A stretch of 64,000 bases of DNA, from positions 10,829-74,828 of the forward strand of contig JABABK010000008.1 in the NCBI GenBank assembly GCA_014238285.1. Reading direction: 5' to 3'. Under the pieces are notes generated by a model, which ran no database searches, was not told the origin of the DNA, and saw nothing but the letters and a program-made list of their open reading frames with translations. Of the stretch, positions 54,767-64,000 are shown piece after piece. Made by a program: the position numbers and the translations under genes. This stretch comes from Hellea sp. (GTDB lineage: Bacteria > Pseudomonadota > Alphaproteobacteria > Caulobacterales > Maricaulaceae). Numbering within the stretch: position 1 is the stretch's first letter; the number at the start of each line of letters is the position of its first letter.

Positions 54767-55990
54767 ATGAGCACGCCGAAAAAAGTAGTATTAGCTTATT
54801 CCGGGGGTCTAGACACCTCGATCATTTTAAAATGGCTGCAAGAAGAAAAAGGCTATGAGGTTGTTACCTTTACCGCTGACCTTGGCCAAGGTGAAGAGTT
54901 AGAGCCCGCGCGCCGCAAAGCCGAGGCCGCTGGTGTCAAAGAAATTTTCATTGATGATCTTCGCGAAGAGTTTATACGCGACTTCGTTTTTCCGATGTTC
55001 CGGGCCAACGCGCTCTATGAAGGGCTTTACCTACTCGGCACATCTATCGCGCGGCCTTTGATTGCCAAGCGCCAGATTGAAATCGCCAATATGGTCGGCG
55101 CAGATGCCGTCTGTCACGGCGCGACCGGCAAAGGCAATGATCAGGTTCGGTTTGAGCTTGGCTATTATGCCCTTGATCCAAATATCAAAGTTATCGCACC
55201 TTGGCGCGAATGGGACCTTAATTCCCGGACGAAATTGATCGAATATGCCGAAAAGCACGATATTGAAATCGCGCTGGATAAGCGCGGCGAAGCCCCTTTC
55301 TCAGTTGATGCCAACCTGCTCCACACTTCGTCCGAAGGCAAAGCCCTCGAAGACCCGGCCGAAGAAGCGCCTGAATTTGTCTATCAGCGGACAGTCTCGC
55401 CAGAAGCTGCGCCTGACAAAGCGACTTATATCGAAGTTGGATTTGAGCGCGGCGACGCTGTTTCAATTGATGGCGTTGATATGAGCCCGGCAACCATCCT
55501 GACAAAACTAAACGAGCTTGGCGGCACAAACGGTATTGGCCGTCTTGACCTACTTGAAAACCGCTATGTTGGTATGAAGTCTCGCGGGATTTATGAAACG
55601 CCCGGCGGAACAATTCTACTGATGGCACATCGCGGCATGGAGCAAATCACCATGGATAAAGGCGCTATGCACCTCAAGGACGAGTTAATGCCAAAATATG
55701 CCGAGCTGCTTTATAATGGTTACTGGTATTCACCGGAGCGCGAAATGCTACAGGCCGCCATTGATAAATCTCAAGAGCTTGTCACCGGTATGGTGCGTCT
55801 TAAGCTCTATAAAGGCAATGTCGATATTGTTGGCCGCACATCACCTTACTCGCTTTACTCGCAAGAACACGTTACGTTTGAAGAAGACGACGTTTATGAT
55901 CAAGCAGACGCTGGCGGGTTCATCAAGATCAACGCTTTGCGTCTGAGACTGCTTAAGGCCCGTGACCTTAAAGCTGGCAAAAACGAATAA
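54767..55990 (+). CDS. argG: Argininosuccinate synthase
   Basis: [12 protein letters not shown]-binding motif, collinear with type I ArgG. 407 aa. Confidence 0.95.
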   Translation: MSTPKKVVLAYSGGLDTSIILKWLQEEKGYEVVTFTADLGQGEELEPARRKAEAAGVKEIFIDDLREEFIRDFVFPMFRANALYEGLYLLGTSIARPLIAKRQIEIANMVGADAVCHGATGKGNDQVRFELGYYALDPNIKVIAPWREWDLNSRTKLIEYAEKHDIEIALDKRGEAPFSVDANLLHTSSEGKALEDPAEEAPEFVYQRTVSPEAAPDKATYIEVGFERGDAVSIDGVDMSPATILTKLNELGGTNGIGRLDLLENRYVGMKSRGIYETPGGTILLMAHRGMEQITMDKGAMHLKDELMPKYAELLYNGYWYSPEREMLQAAIDKSQELVTGMVRLKLYKGNVDIVGRTSPYSLYSQEHVTFEEDDVYDQADAGGFIKINALRLRLLKARDLKAGKNE

Positions 55991-55995
55991 ACCCA

Positions 55996-56619
55996 ATGTC
56001 TCTTGACGTCTGGATTAGCCTGATAGTTCTGTTTGGTGTCGGAGGCCTAACTCCCGGCCCTGCGGTTATGCTCGTTATGGCATCATCGTTTCAATATGGA
56101 TTTAAGCCAGCCATGTTGCCTGCCTTTGGAGTCGCCAGCGCCAATGTTCTGTGGTTGATATTAGCGGCCACTGGTGTTTCTGCTCTCATCACACAGTCGC
56201 CAAATATTTTCCTCGGCATGAAAGCACTTGGGTTTTTAGTGATTCTTTATATGGGATTTTCGGCGATATTTGGCCCGCTTCCAGATTTATCGAGCGATAA
56301 TCAGGCCGCCCCGGCCAGAGGAAAGTTATTTTCCAAAGGGCTAGGTTTGCAACTTTCAAGCCCCATGCCCGTCGTTTTCTTCGGAGCATTATTGCCAGCC
56401 TTTTTTGACGCCACCAAACCGATCTTACCTCAATTCACTATCATGCTAATCACGGTAACGGCCACAGAACTTCTAGGGCTAGCACTTTATGCCTATAGCG
56501 GCGGAACAATCAGACGTTTCTTAAGCGACCCCAAACAAGCCCGATGGTTTAATATTATGATCGGTGTTACCATGATCGCAGCCGGGGCCTGGGCGATCAT
56601 GTCTAACCCGACACATTAG
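55996..56619 (+). CDS. LysE family amino-acid exporter
   Basis: 207 aa with six hydrophobic spans and an N-terminal GGLTPGPAVMLV pattern. Confidence 0.8.
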   Translation: MSLDVWISLIVLFGVGGLTPGPAVMLVMASSFQYGFKPAMLPAFGVASANVLWLILAATGVSALITQSPNIFLGMKALGFLVILYMGFSAIFGPLPDLSSDNQAAPARGKLFSKGLGLQLSSPMPVVFFGALLPAFFDATKPILPQFTIMLITVTATELLGLALYAYSGGTIRRFLSDPKQARWFNIMIGVTMIAAGAWAIMSNPTH

Positions 56620-56735
56620 GTTCTAGTCAGGATTTATCCGCAACCTGCGACACATAGCTTAGCGGTCCACATTTTGCTTGCATTCATATATTAGCGTTAT
56701 ATGAGGCCGTCCAAATTGCAAATAAGAGTATTCTC

Positions 56736-57260
56736 ATGGATATGTCCAAAATCCCGGCCGGTGAAAACCCACCTTCCGACATCAATGTTATCATCGAAGT
56801 CCCCTTAGGCGGCGAGCCGATAAAATACGAACTGGACAAAGCCAGCGGCGCTATGTTTGTGGACCGCTTTCTTTACACTTCTATGGTCTATCCTTGTAAT
56901 TACGGTTTTATCCCGCATACTTTATCTGATGATGGCGATCCAACGGATGTGATGGTTTACGGTAATCGCGCGCTCATGCCGGGAGCTGTTGTTCGGGCTC
57001 GGCCAATCGGCGTTTTGATGATGGAAGACGAAGCCGGAATCGACGAGAAAATCCTCGCCGTGCCTCATCAAAAATTGACACAGTTTTATAACAAAATTGA
57101 ATCCTACACCGACATGCCAGAAATCCTGCTCGACCGGATCACTCACTTCTTTGACCACTATAAGGATCTTGAATCCAATAAATGGGTCAAAGTTCTAGGT
57201 TGGGAAGATCGTGCCAAAGCCGAGGAATTGATTATGGCAGGCGTAAAGGCTGCTCTTTAA
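56736..57260 (+). CDS. ppa: Soluble inorganic pyrophosphatase (family I)
   Basis: YPCNYGFIP and DGDPTDVMV motifs in 174 aa. Confidence 0.95.
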   Translation: MDMSKIPAGENPPSDINVIIEVPLGGEPIKYELDKASGAMFVDRFLYTSMVYPCNYGFIPHTLSDDGDPTDVMVYGNRALMPGAVVRARPIGVLMMEDEAGIDEKILAVPHQKLTQFYNKIESYTDMPEILLDRITHFFDHYKDLESNKWVKVLGWEDRAKAEELIMAGVKAAL

Positions 57261-57332
57261 TCTTTCTTGTAATTTTATTCGAAGCTTTACTCGAAGTTTT
57301 ACGGGGCATAATAAATGCCCTAAGTAGCTGAT

Positions 57333-57944
57333 ATGACCCTTGACGTTTATGCTATTCTTGGACTTGTGGGAATTTTTGCCTTTGCCGTTTCTGGCGGCAT
57401 TGCGGCTATCCGGCGGGACATGGATATCCTCGGCGTTGTTTTTGTAGCATTCCTACCTGCTGTCGGCGGAGGAACTCTGCGTGATCTATGTTTGGATGTC
57501 CCGGTATTCTGGCTGAGTGATAGTTTGACCCTATGGGTAAGCTTGATCGGCGGTCTTTCGACCTTCTTTTTCTATCACTTTTTGAACCATTTTCGCCTAT
57601 TGCGCTGGATGGACGCCATAGGGTTGGCTATATTTGCGCCGCTCGGCGCTGCTAAAGCTCTGGAGCTTGGCCATAACGGCTTGGTCGTCATTATCATGGG
57701 TGTCTTAACCGCCGTTGCAGGTGGCCTGCTCCGCGATGTTGTATGCCGAAACGACGCGCTTGTCATGAAAGGCGAGATCTACGCGACTGCTGCCATTTTG
57801 GGCGGTTTGTCTTTATGGACATTAGTTGCCTTAAATATTCCGCTTAACCTGGCCTTGCCAATTGCCTGTATTATTACATTTACGGCCAGAGCCATTGGCA
57901 TCATATTCAACTTGGGTTTGCCAAAATTCAATTCAGCCACTTAA
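57333..57944 (+). CDS. UPF0126/YadS (TRIC-like) cation channel family membrane protein
   Basis: Two internal repeats, each with a G-rich VGGGTLRD / VAGGLLRD motif. 203 aa. Confidence 0.8.
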   Translation: MTLDVYAILGLVGIFAFAVSGGIAAIRRDMDILGVVFVAFLPAVGGGTLRDLCLDVPVFWLSDSLTLWVSLIGGLSTFFFYHFLNHFRLLRWMDAIGLAIFAPLGAAKALELGHNGLVVIIMGVLTAVAGGLLRDVVCRNDALVMKGEIYATAAILGGLSLWTLVALNIPLNLALPIACIITFTARAIGIIFNLGLPKFNSAT

Positions 57945-57996
57945 TCCCGAAGTATAGCTACTAATAGTACACATATAGCTCAGCTTATTTTGCTTG

Positions 57997-58018
57997 GATT
58001 CTCCCTTGATTCTCCCTT
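57997..58018 (+). repeat. Tandem 11-nt CU-rich direct repeat (GATTCTCCCTT x2, with a partial third copy)
   Basis: Read directly from ggattctcccttgattctcccttgatcttt in the hppA upstream region. Confidence 0.8.
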
Positions 58019-58056
58019 GATCTTTGGGCCGCAATCGTTACTTTGCCGCGCATCAA

Positions 58057-58139
58057 CGCGAGGGGAAGCGTATTTCGGGGGAAATACGGCCAAACTCACT
58101 AATCGCGAGGGGAAGCGTGCAAATAAGCACGGCCAACTT
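58057..58139 (+). promoter_or_regulatory. Two tandem ~40-nt units with identical flanks (CGCGAGGGGAAG...ACGGCCAA) and differing hairpins; candidate structured leader or operator pair for hppA
   Basis: Unit 1 (58057-58096) encloses CGTATTTC-GGGG-GAAATACG. Unit 2 (58104-58139) encloses CGTGC-AAATAA-GCACG. The flanks are identical, and the distal stems differ while pairing is kept. Confidence 0.5.
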
Positions 58140-58196
58140 CAGAAACATTAATAGATCAGGCTCTTTCACAACGGGTCTAATTTTTTGGAGGGAAAA

Positions 58197-60311
58197 GTGA
58201 ATCCACTATTTCTTATTATTGCAGCGGGGCTAATCGCCGTGCTTTACGGGATTATAACCCGCGCTAGGCTTATGAAAGCCTCTACAGGTAATGAACGCAT
58301 GAATGAAATCGCAGGCGCGATTCAAGAAGGCGCGAAAGCCTATCTAGCCAAACAGTATAAAACGATTGCCATGGTTGGCGCCGTTGTTGCTGTCATCCTA
58401 TTTTTACTCTTTAAAAGCTGGATTGCACCAGTTGGGTTTATCCTAGGCGCTGTTTTATCAGGCGCGGCCGGTTACATTGGTATGCTTGTCTCTGTACAAG
58501 CCAATGTCCGGACAACGGAAGCCTCACGTAAAAGTCTTGGCGATGGCCTCAAAGTGGCCTTCAATGCCGGCGCTATTACGGGTATGCTCGTTGCGGGTCT
58601 AGCCCTGCTCGGCCTATCCGTTTACTATATGCTCCTAACCAAGGATAATGGTTTTGCCAGCCGCGAAGTCGTTGAAGGATTGATTTCTTTATCTTTAGGC
58701 GCGTCTTTGATCTCTGTCTTTGCGCGTCTCGGCGGCGGTATCTTTACAAAAGGTGCTGATGTCGGTGGTGACCTAGTTGGTAAAGTCGAAGCCGGTATCC
58801 CGGAAGATGATCCACGTAACCCAGCAACGATTGCTGATAATGTTGGTGACAATGTCGGTGACTGTGCCGGTATGGCCGCTGACCTTTTCGAAACCTATGT
58901 GGTGACACTCGCCGCGACTATGGTTTTGGGATCAATTCTTTTTGCAACGAACGAAACATTAATGCTCTACCCAATGGCGGTCGGCGCTGCTTGTATTATT
59001 ACGTCTATCATTGGTACATTCTTCGTCCGTCTCAGCAAAGGTTCCACCAATGTCATGGGCGCACTTTACAAAGGCCTCGGTGTTACGGGTCTATTGTCAA
59101 TCGGCGCGATTGCGCTTGTTACCAACTATATGTTTGGGTTTGGCGATATTGCCGGAACAGCTATTAACGGCTTCCCTGCTTTAACGGGTATGGACCTTGT
59201 CATTTGTAGCATCATTGGTCTTGTCATCACGGGTCTTATCGTGTGGATCACCGAATATTATACAGGCGTGACTTTCCGCCCTGTAAAATCTATCGCCGCT
59301 GCGTCAGAATCTGGCCACGGGACAAATGTTATTCAAGGCCTTGCTGTCTCTATGGAAGCAACGGCTCTACCAGCACTTGTCATCGTCTTTGGTATCATTG
59401 CAACCTATAACATTGCAGGCCTTTACGGCATTGCAACGGCAGTGACTGCCATGCTCGGCGTTGCCGGTATGATCGTCGCCCTTGATGCATTTGGTCCTGT
59501 GACTGATAATGCAGGCGGAATTGCTGAGATGGCTGAGCTTGAACCTGAAGTTCGCAACACAACTGACGCCCTTGACGCTGTCGGCAACACTACCAAGGCC
59601 GTGACCAAAGGTTATGCGATTGGATCTGCTGGTCTTGGCGCATTGGTCTTGTTTGCTGCCTATACGGAAGACATCAAGCACTTTGCCAACACGGCTGTCG
59701 AAGGTGATTTCTTCTATCAGATCGTACCATCCTTTGATCTATCGAACCCTTATGTTGTGGTTGGTTTGCTTGTCGGTGGTATGTTGCCATTTTTGTTCGG
59801 CGCTTGGGCTATGCAGTCCGTTGGACGAGCAGCGGCATCTATTGTCGAAGAAGTTCGTCGTCAGTTCAAATCTGATCCTGGCATTATGAAAGGCACATCT
59901 CGCCCTGACTATGCTAAGGCTGTCGATATCTTAACAAGTGCAGCTATTCGCGAAATGATTAAGCCGTCACTTCTACCGATCCTGACGCCGATCGTTTTAT
60001 TCTTCGTCGTCAAAGCTATTGCAGGCCCGTCACAGGCTCTTTCAGCCCTTGGCGCCATGTTAATGGGCGTGATCGTTACCGGCCTATATGTTGCCCTGTC
60101 TATGACAGCTGGCGGCGGTGCTTGGGACAATGCCAAGAAGTATATCGAAGATGGCCATCACGGCGGTAAGGGGTCAGAAGCCCATAAAGCCTCTATTACT
60201 GGCGATACAGTTGGTGACCCGTATAAAGATACAGCTGGTCCAGCTGTGAACCCGATGATTAAGATTACAAATATCATCGCGCTTCTAATGCTCGCTATTC
60301 TAGCTCACTAA
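58197..60311 (+). CDS. hppA: Membrane H+-translocating pyrophosphatase, K+-independent type
   Basis: [39 protein letters not shown], and GNTTKA (Lys is the K+-independent signature). The start is set at GTG 58197 after SD GGAGGG. The ORF track begins at TTG 58185. Confidence 0.95.
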   Translation: MNPLFLIIAAGLIAVLYGIITRARLMKASTGNERMNEIAGAIQEGAKAYLAKQYKTIAMVGAVVAVILFLLFKSWIAPVGFILGAVLSGAAGYIGMLVSVQANVRTTEASRKSLGDGLKVAFNAGAITGMLVAGLALLGLSVYYMLLTKDNGFASREVVEGLISLSLGASLISVFARLGGGIFTKGADVGGDLVGKVEAGIPEDDPRNPATIADNVGDNVGDCAGMAADLFETYVVTLAATMVLGSILFATNETLMLYPMAVGAACIITSIIGTFFVRLSKGSTNVMGALYKGLGVTGLLSIGAIALVTNYMFGFGDIAGTAINGFPALTGMDLVICSIIGLVITGLIVWITEYYTGVTFRPVKSIAAASESGHGTNVIQGLAVSMEATALPALVIVFGIIATYNIAGLYGIATAVTAMLGVAGMIVALDAFGPVTDNAGGIAEMAELEPEVRNTTDALDAVGNTTKAVTKGYAIGSAGLGALVLFAAYTEDIKHFANTAVEGDFFYQIVPSFDLSNPYVVVGLLVGGMLPFLFGAWAMQSVGRAAASIVEEVRRQFKSDPGIMKGTSRPDYAKAVDILTSAAIREMIKPSLLPILTPIVLFFVVKAIAGPSQALSALGAMLMGVIVTGLYVALSMTAGGGAWDNAKKYIEDGHHGGKGSEAHKASITGDTVGDPYKDTAGPAVNPMIKITNIIALLMLAILAH

Positions 60312-60335
60312 TTGACTTTAAATTCAGTTTTGGAG

Positions 60336-60359
60336 CCCGCCTTCATGGCGGGTTTTTTT
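60336..60359 (+). terminator. Rho-independent terminator after hppA
   Basis: CCCGCC-TTCAT-GGCGGG followed by TTTTTTT. Confidence 0.8.
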
Positions 60360-60437
60360 GTGGCTACTAGGCTTTAAGCTTGTAATAAATGATTCAAATA
60401 TTTATGAGACCAGCTAAGTGAGTATGACGAAATAACA

Positions 60438-60767
60438 ATGAGAGTACAAATTGTGGATAATGCGGCCCCTAATCCAGATAGTAATGAACCTCCAATCGAC
60501 GAGAACGCGTTAGTCCGAGCCGAACGATTACTCAAAAACTCTCAAAATGCGATTAAGAATTTAACGGCCGAACTAAGTGCTAAAGACGAACAAATTGTCG
60601 CCAACATCTCTGAAGTTAAACGGCAAGCAAAAGTTATTAGCGTATTGAGACAAGAACTGGACGTTGCCAGAAACGACGTTGACAATTTCAAAAACTCTAC
60701 ATCATGGAAATTAACCGGTCCGGTCCGTACCACTCGCAACATAATTAAACGTATATTAGGCGGTTAG
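60438..60767 (+). CDS. Small coiled-coil protein with a C-terminal S-x-S-W-K-L-T-G-P-V-R motif
   Basis: 109 aa. The coiled coil (LTAELSAKDEQIVANISEVKRQAKVISVLRQELDVARNDVDNF) is followed by STSWKLTGPVR. I associate that motif with coiled-coil proteins in polysaccharide loci. Confidence 0.55.
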   Translation: MRVQIVDNAAPNPDSNEPPIDENALVRAERLLKNSQNAIKNLTAELSAKDEQIVANISEVKRQAKVISVLRQELDVARNDVDNFKNSTSWKLTGPVRTTRNIIKRILGG

Positions 60768-60788
60768 CTGCGCTCACGGCGATAAGAA

Positions 60789-61874
60789 TTACCAATAGGC
60801 CGGAGTCTGATTTCCTGCATTATGGTTCTGCGCAAAAAACCATGTTTCTATAGCATATCGTGTTTGTGTAAATGACTCGTCATATGACGTAGCGTGCAAG
60901 TTGAAATGATCAAAGAAAATCGCATCACCTTCTCCAAAATAAGGACGTATAGTCGGCGTATCTTTGTACCATTCGCTAACGGATTTATGTGACACAGACC
61001 AATCAAAATATGCTCCATTTGTACCCGTTTCGACAACGTTTTCAAATCTTTTAGGCACAAAATCCATACCTGGACATTCTGTCCCTTTGCCGCATTCTGA
61101 CAAGGCAACCCATAGATTCAGACTCTTAATATCAGATGGCATAAAGGCACCATCTTGATGCCAATCAGCAGGGTTCTCAAGTGGTGTAACCCGCCGTAAA
61201 ACCGACTTATTTAGAGATAAGCAAGGTTCATCCTCGAAATAATCTTTCAACAGCGCGCGTAACCCTGTGCGATCAAAAAACCGCGTTAAGTTATGGGTGA
61301 CTTTAGGCGATAAAAACGTCCAGACGGCTCCAGTTCTCGACATCATAAAGGCATCAAAAGACGTCGAATGACCCTTTATTTGGGAAAATAGATTGAACCA
61401 AATATCTTGCCCGGATTTCGTCGCTAACATTTCTTCACGTTTCTCAGGCCTTACAGAATAAAACCTTTCAGCTGACTTTAACGCCTTGTCAATGTTAGCA
61501 CGAGATCGTTCGCAAAATTTCTGGTCCGCAAAACCGCGTACGATCAGAGCTCCGTGATAGCGTATAGCCCCGGCCAGAACGTCCGAGTTTAATTCACTAG
61601 CATCTATGGACGGAAAATCATTAGACAATTCAGGAAATGGATTTTCACACATTGGAGGACAAGGCGTAGCGTTATGCCCGCCTCCTAATTTAACCAACTG
61701 CTCACCGGCTTTAAGCCTAAGGTTTCGAAGCTCTATAAGTTGATCATCCCCTTGATCGCGATTATACAAATCAATCATTTCAGAAATAGCCCCACGCCAA
61801 TTACCATTATTAATTTCACGGCTGACGCTTTCAGGATATATCAACGAATTTTCGGTCATTTTTGAGCTATACAA
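60789..61874 (-). CDS. Phytanoyl-CoA dioxygenase (PhyH)-like Fe(II)/2-oxoglutarate oxygenase
   Basis: HxD triad element in ADWHQDGAF and a distal His in FFDHFNLHATS. 361 aa. The start could be the internal Met MTENS. Confidence 0.65.
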   Translation of the reverse strand: MYSSKMTENSLIYPESVSREINNGNWRGAISEMIDLYNRDQGDDQLIELRNLRLKAGEQLVKLGGGHNATPCPPMCENPFPELSNDFPSIDASELNSDVLAGAIRYHGALIVRGFADQKFCERSRANIDKALKSAERFYSVRPEKREEMLATKSGQDIWFNLFSQIKGHSTSFDAFMMSRTGAVWTFLSPKVTHNLTRFFDRTGLRALLKDYFEDEPCLSLNKSVLRRVTPLENPADWHQDGAFMPSDIKSLNLWVALSECGKGTECPGMDFVPKRFENVVETGTNGAYFDWSVSHKSVSEWYKDTPTIRPYFGEGDAIFFDHFNLHATSYDESFTQTRYAIETWFFAQNHNAGNQTPAYW

Positions 61875-61947
61875 AACGCACTAACTATTTACAATACAAG
61901 TGGTAATTATTATTGCAGTGCTTCTTGGGACACGCTAGGAAATCGCA

Positions 61948-63867
61948 ATGGAAACGACAGACCCAAAAACGATAATAAAATCCCTTGAGCATGATATCAG
62001 CGAAAAAGCTGATAAAATAAAAACGCTCGCGGAACGTGTACGTGTGCAGCAACGAAATTTGGATAACATAAATGCCGAACTTATTGGCAAACAAAGTGGT
62101 CATTTTAACAAGGGGCCGTATCCCTTTGACGGGATCACATTTGTCATTGCCTATTATAATATCCCAAAGCAAATCATACGAACTTTAATTTCCTGTTCGC
62201 CAAAATATCAACGAGCAGCCAAAGACAAGATTGAAGTTATCATTGCTGATAATGGTTCGACCGAACCGCTTCCTGAAGGCCTTCGAGAACGGTTTCCTTT
62301 TATATCAAAAATAATTCGCACAGAAGGCCGACCTTCCCCCGTCTTTGCTTTAAATGACGCCATTAAACAGGCCAAGTTTCCGACAATAGCCGTTTTAATC
62401 GATGGGGCACATATTTTATCACCCGGCATATTCAATAACGCAAAAGACATTTGTCAGATGCATCCGAGACCTGTTATCAATGTCCCTCAATACTATCTGG
62501 GCTTTGTCTCTCAAAACCTTAATCCTGCGCCTAACCCTTGGCTCGGAGAAAAAAGACATCTTGCCCGGATTAATTGGCCAGCAGAAGGCTATAACCTTTT
62601 AAACTACGCAATATTTCCGGGTGAAAATCATGACCGTTCTCTTATAGGATCGATCGAAACCAACTGCCTTATAACGACTCGCGAAGTGTTCGAAGACTGC
62701 GGTGGATTTGATGAACGTTTTGACGAGCCTGGCGCAGGATTTGCAAATCTTGAAATATTTTCAAGGCTTATTCACCATCCCAAAAATACTTATGTCATTT
62801 TCCCGGGTGAAGGCTCCTTCCATCAAGACCACGGCGGAACAACAACCAAAAAATCCCCTGAAGAGCGCGATATACTCGTCGCCCGCTTTCGAGAAAATCA
62901 TAGTAAAATAACCGGATCAGAATATCTCATAAATGTTAAAAGCCCGATGATGTACGGTATATTGCGGCATTCAGCGGGAAACATAGCCACAATATCAAAA
63001 GAATATGGCGTAGCCAAGAACATGCTGCTTAAACAACTGGCTAATATTTATACAGGCCGCGTTCGGGCCGGCATTGAGAAACAACCTCCGCCTATTCTTG
63101 TTTCGGGCGGAACGACAAATGAACGCAGGGCCCGTGTCCCATTGGCCGCTCTAGGCATTTTAGAATCAACAGCAACAGCACATGGCGTAGATAAGGCAGA
63201 ACTGAGTTATCTAAGATTTCTACGCCGACTGCACGCGGTTCGAAAACCTGATCTATACTTTGAAATAGGTGTCGATACTGGCGTGAGTATCGGACTAGCA
63301 CAAAAACGATCTATTGGTGTTGATCCAGCCTTTACGATTACATCTCCATTAAGTCCTCGAACGCAACTGTTTAAAGAAAAAAGCGATGACTTTTTCAAGG
63401 TCAAAGACCGGGCAAAAACTTTATTTAAGACCCCGCTCGATATGAGCTTTATTGACGGCATGCACTTAGCTGAATTTGTCCTGCGTGACTTCATCAATGT
63501 TGAAAAATACGCGCACAAAGGCAGTATCATTATGTTTGACGATGTCCTTCCGGAACAAATGGAAATGTCCGAACGGGAAAGACGGTTCGCGGCCTGGACG
63601 GGTGACGTTTATAAAATTGCACCTATCCTTCGAAAATACCGCCCTGATCTCGAAGTTCGCGTATTTAACACTTTCATCGGCGCCTATCGTAAAGGATTAG
63701 CCGTCGTAAAAAATCTCGATCCGGCCAATACAATTCTAGAAGATAATTATCAGGAAATTGAAAAAGAAATTTTCGATGAAACCTACGCCATTAACAGCAT
63801 TGCTCACCTCGATGAAATGATGCAAGTTGCCCCCCATAGTGAATTTGAAACATTCATTGCTCTTTGA
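61948..63867 (+). CDS. Fusion protein: N-terminal coiled coil, family-2 glycosyltransferase, and a C-terminal class I SAM-dependent methyltransferase-like domain
   Basis: GT2 signatures ITFVIAYYNIP...EVIIADNGSTEPL, LIDGAH and CGGFDERF. The C-terminal part has YFEIGVDTGVS ... FIDGMHLAEFVLRDF...GSIIMFDDVLP (Methyltransf_24-like). Confidence 0.75.
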   Translation: METTDPKTIIKSLEHDISEKADKIKTLAERVRVQQRNLDNINAELIGKQSGHFNKGPYPFDGITFVIAYYNIPKQIIRTLISCSPKYQRAAKDKIEVIIADNGSTEPLPEGLRERFPFISKIIRTEGRPSPVFALNDAIKQAKFPTIAVLIDGAHILSPGIFNNAKDICQMHPRPVINVPQYYLGFVSQNLNPAPNPWLGEKRHLARINWPAEGYNLLNYAIFPGENHDRSLIGSIETNCLITTREVFEDCGGFDERFDEPGAGFANLEIFSRLIHHPKNTYVIFPGEGSFHQDHGGTTTKKSPEERDILVARFRENHSKITGSEYLINVKSPMMYGILRHSAGNIATISKEYGVAKNMLLKQLANIYTGRVRAGIEKQPPPILVSGGTTNERRARVPLAALGILESTATAHGVDKAELSYLRFLRRLHAVRKPDLYFEIGVDTGVSIGLAQKRSIGVDPAFTITSPLSPRTQLFKEKSDDFFKVKDRAKTLFKTPLDMSFIDGMHLAEFVLRDFINVEKYAHKGSIIMFDDVLPEQMEMSERERRFAAWTGDVYKIAPILRKYRPDLEVRVFNTFIGAYRKGLAVVKNLDPANTILEDNYQEIEKEIFDETYAINSIAHLDEMMQVAPHSEFETFIAL

Positions 63868-64000
63868 TGTCCGATATGCCCAAAATTTCAATCATCATCA
63901 TCGCCTTTAACATGGCCCGCGAACTCCCGCGGACAATCCAATCTTTTTCTGTAAAAATGCAACAGTGGATCAATGAAGACGAATACGAAATTATAGTCGT
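63867..64000 (+). CDS. Partial CDS (runs off the window): family-2 glycosyltransferase N-terminus
   Basis: The ATG overlaps the upstream TGA (TGATG). My own translation gives MSDMPKISIIIIAFNMARELPRTIQSFSVKMQQWINEDEYEIIV, a typical GT2 start. Confidence 0.6.
   Translation, partial: MSDMPKISIIIIAFNMARELPRTIQSFSVKMQQWINEDEYEIIV

Noticed and set aside
58185-60311. Na+-pumping or K+-dependent type of membrane PPase, and TTG 58185 as the start
   Set aside because: GNTTKA (Lys rather than Ala) is the K+-independent H+-PPase signature. GTG 58197 is preceded by GGAGGG, whereas TTG 58185 lies inside a T-run with no SD.
61885-62172. 95-aa minus-strand ORF in the divergent region and the start of the GT2-methyltransferase gene
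   Set aside because: It overlaps the motif-supported GT2 fusion gene in antisense, and its hydrophobic, low-complexity translation comes from AT-rich DNA.

Overview
This is a 64-kb chromosomal segment. Gene content (ccmFGH layout, DUF1674, hppA, HI0933-type flavoprotein, Pho-box porin) suggests a moderate-GC, probably marine alphaproteobacterium. That placement is inference, because no rRNA is present.

I support about 60 protein genes, one tRNA-Leu(CAG), several intrinsic terminators, one Pho box and a pair of REP/MITE-like elements. I found no rRNA, CRISPR array, transposase, integrase or prophage genes. All family calls come from motifs read by eye in the supplied translations; no alignment or HMM search was run.

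Landmarks:
- A complete 12-gene type II secretion operon, gspCDEFGHIJKLMN (15032 to 4365, minus strand), plus a short A24 prepilin peptidase.
- An OprO/P-type porin with a four-repeat Pho box.
- pxpABC and a fused pabB-pabC.
- Three MscS-family channels, two of them in tandem.
- A quinohemoprotein PQQ alcohol dehydrogenase, last in a tight operon with DUF3604, a parvulin-like protein and HupE.
- A 622-aa secreted pentapeptide-repeat protein.
- ccmFGH, rsmB, pyrF and argG.
- Soluble ppa and membrane hppA separated by a TRIC-type channel.
- LemA-DUF2207.
- Glycan-modification genes at the right edge.

Best candidates for something undescribed:
1. The translationally coupled three-gene operon at 24049-27721 (TelA-like helical protein, single-pass membrane protein, long coiled-coil protein with an Arg/Ser/Pro tail), sitting directly upstream of tandem MscS channels.
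2. The repeat-rich structured leader upstream of hppA (57997-58196).
3. The DUF3604 / parvulin-like / extended HupE / PQQ-ADH operon.
4. Inverted REP/MITE-like elements bracketing a roughly 9-kb block next to tRNA-Leu.
5. Three low-complexity, Cys-paired secreted proteins around rsmB.
6. A flavin-dependent-halogenase-like gene with no biosynthetic context.
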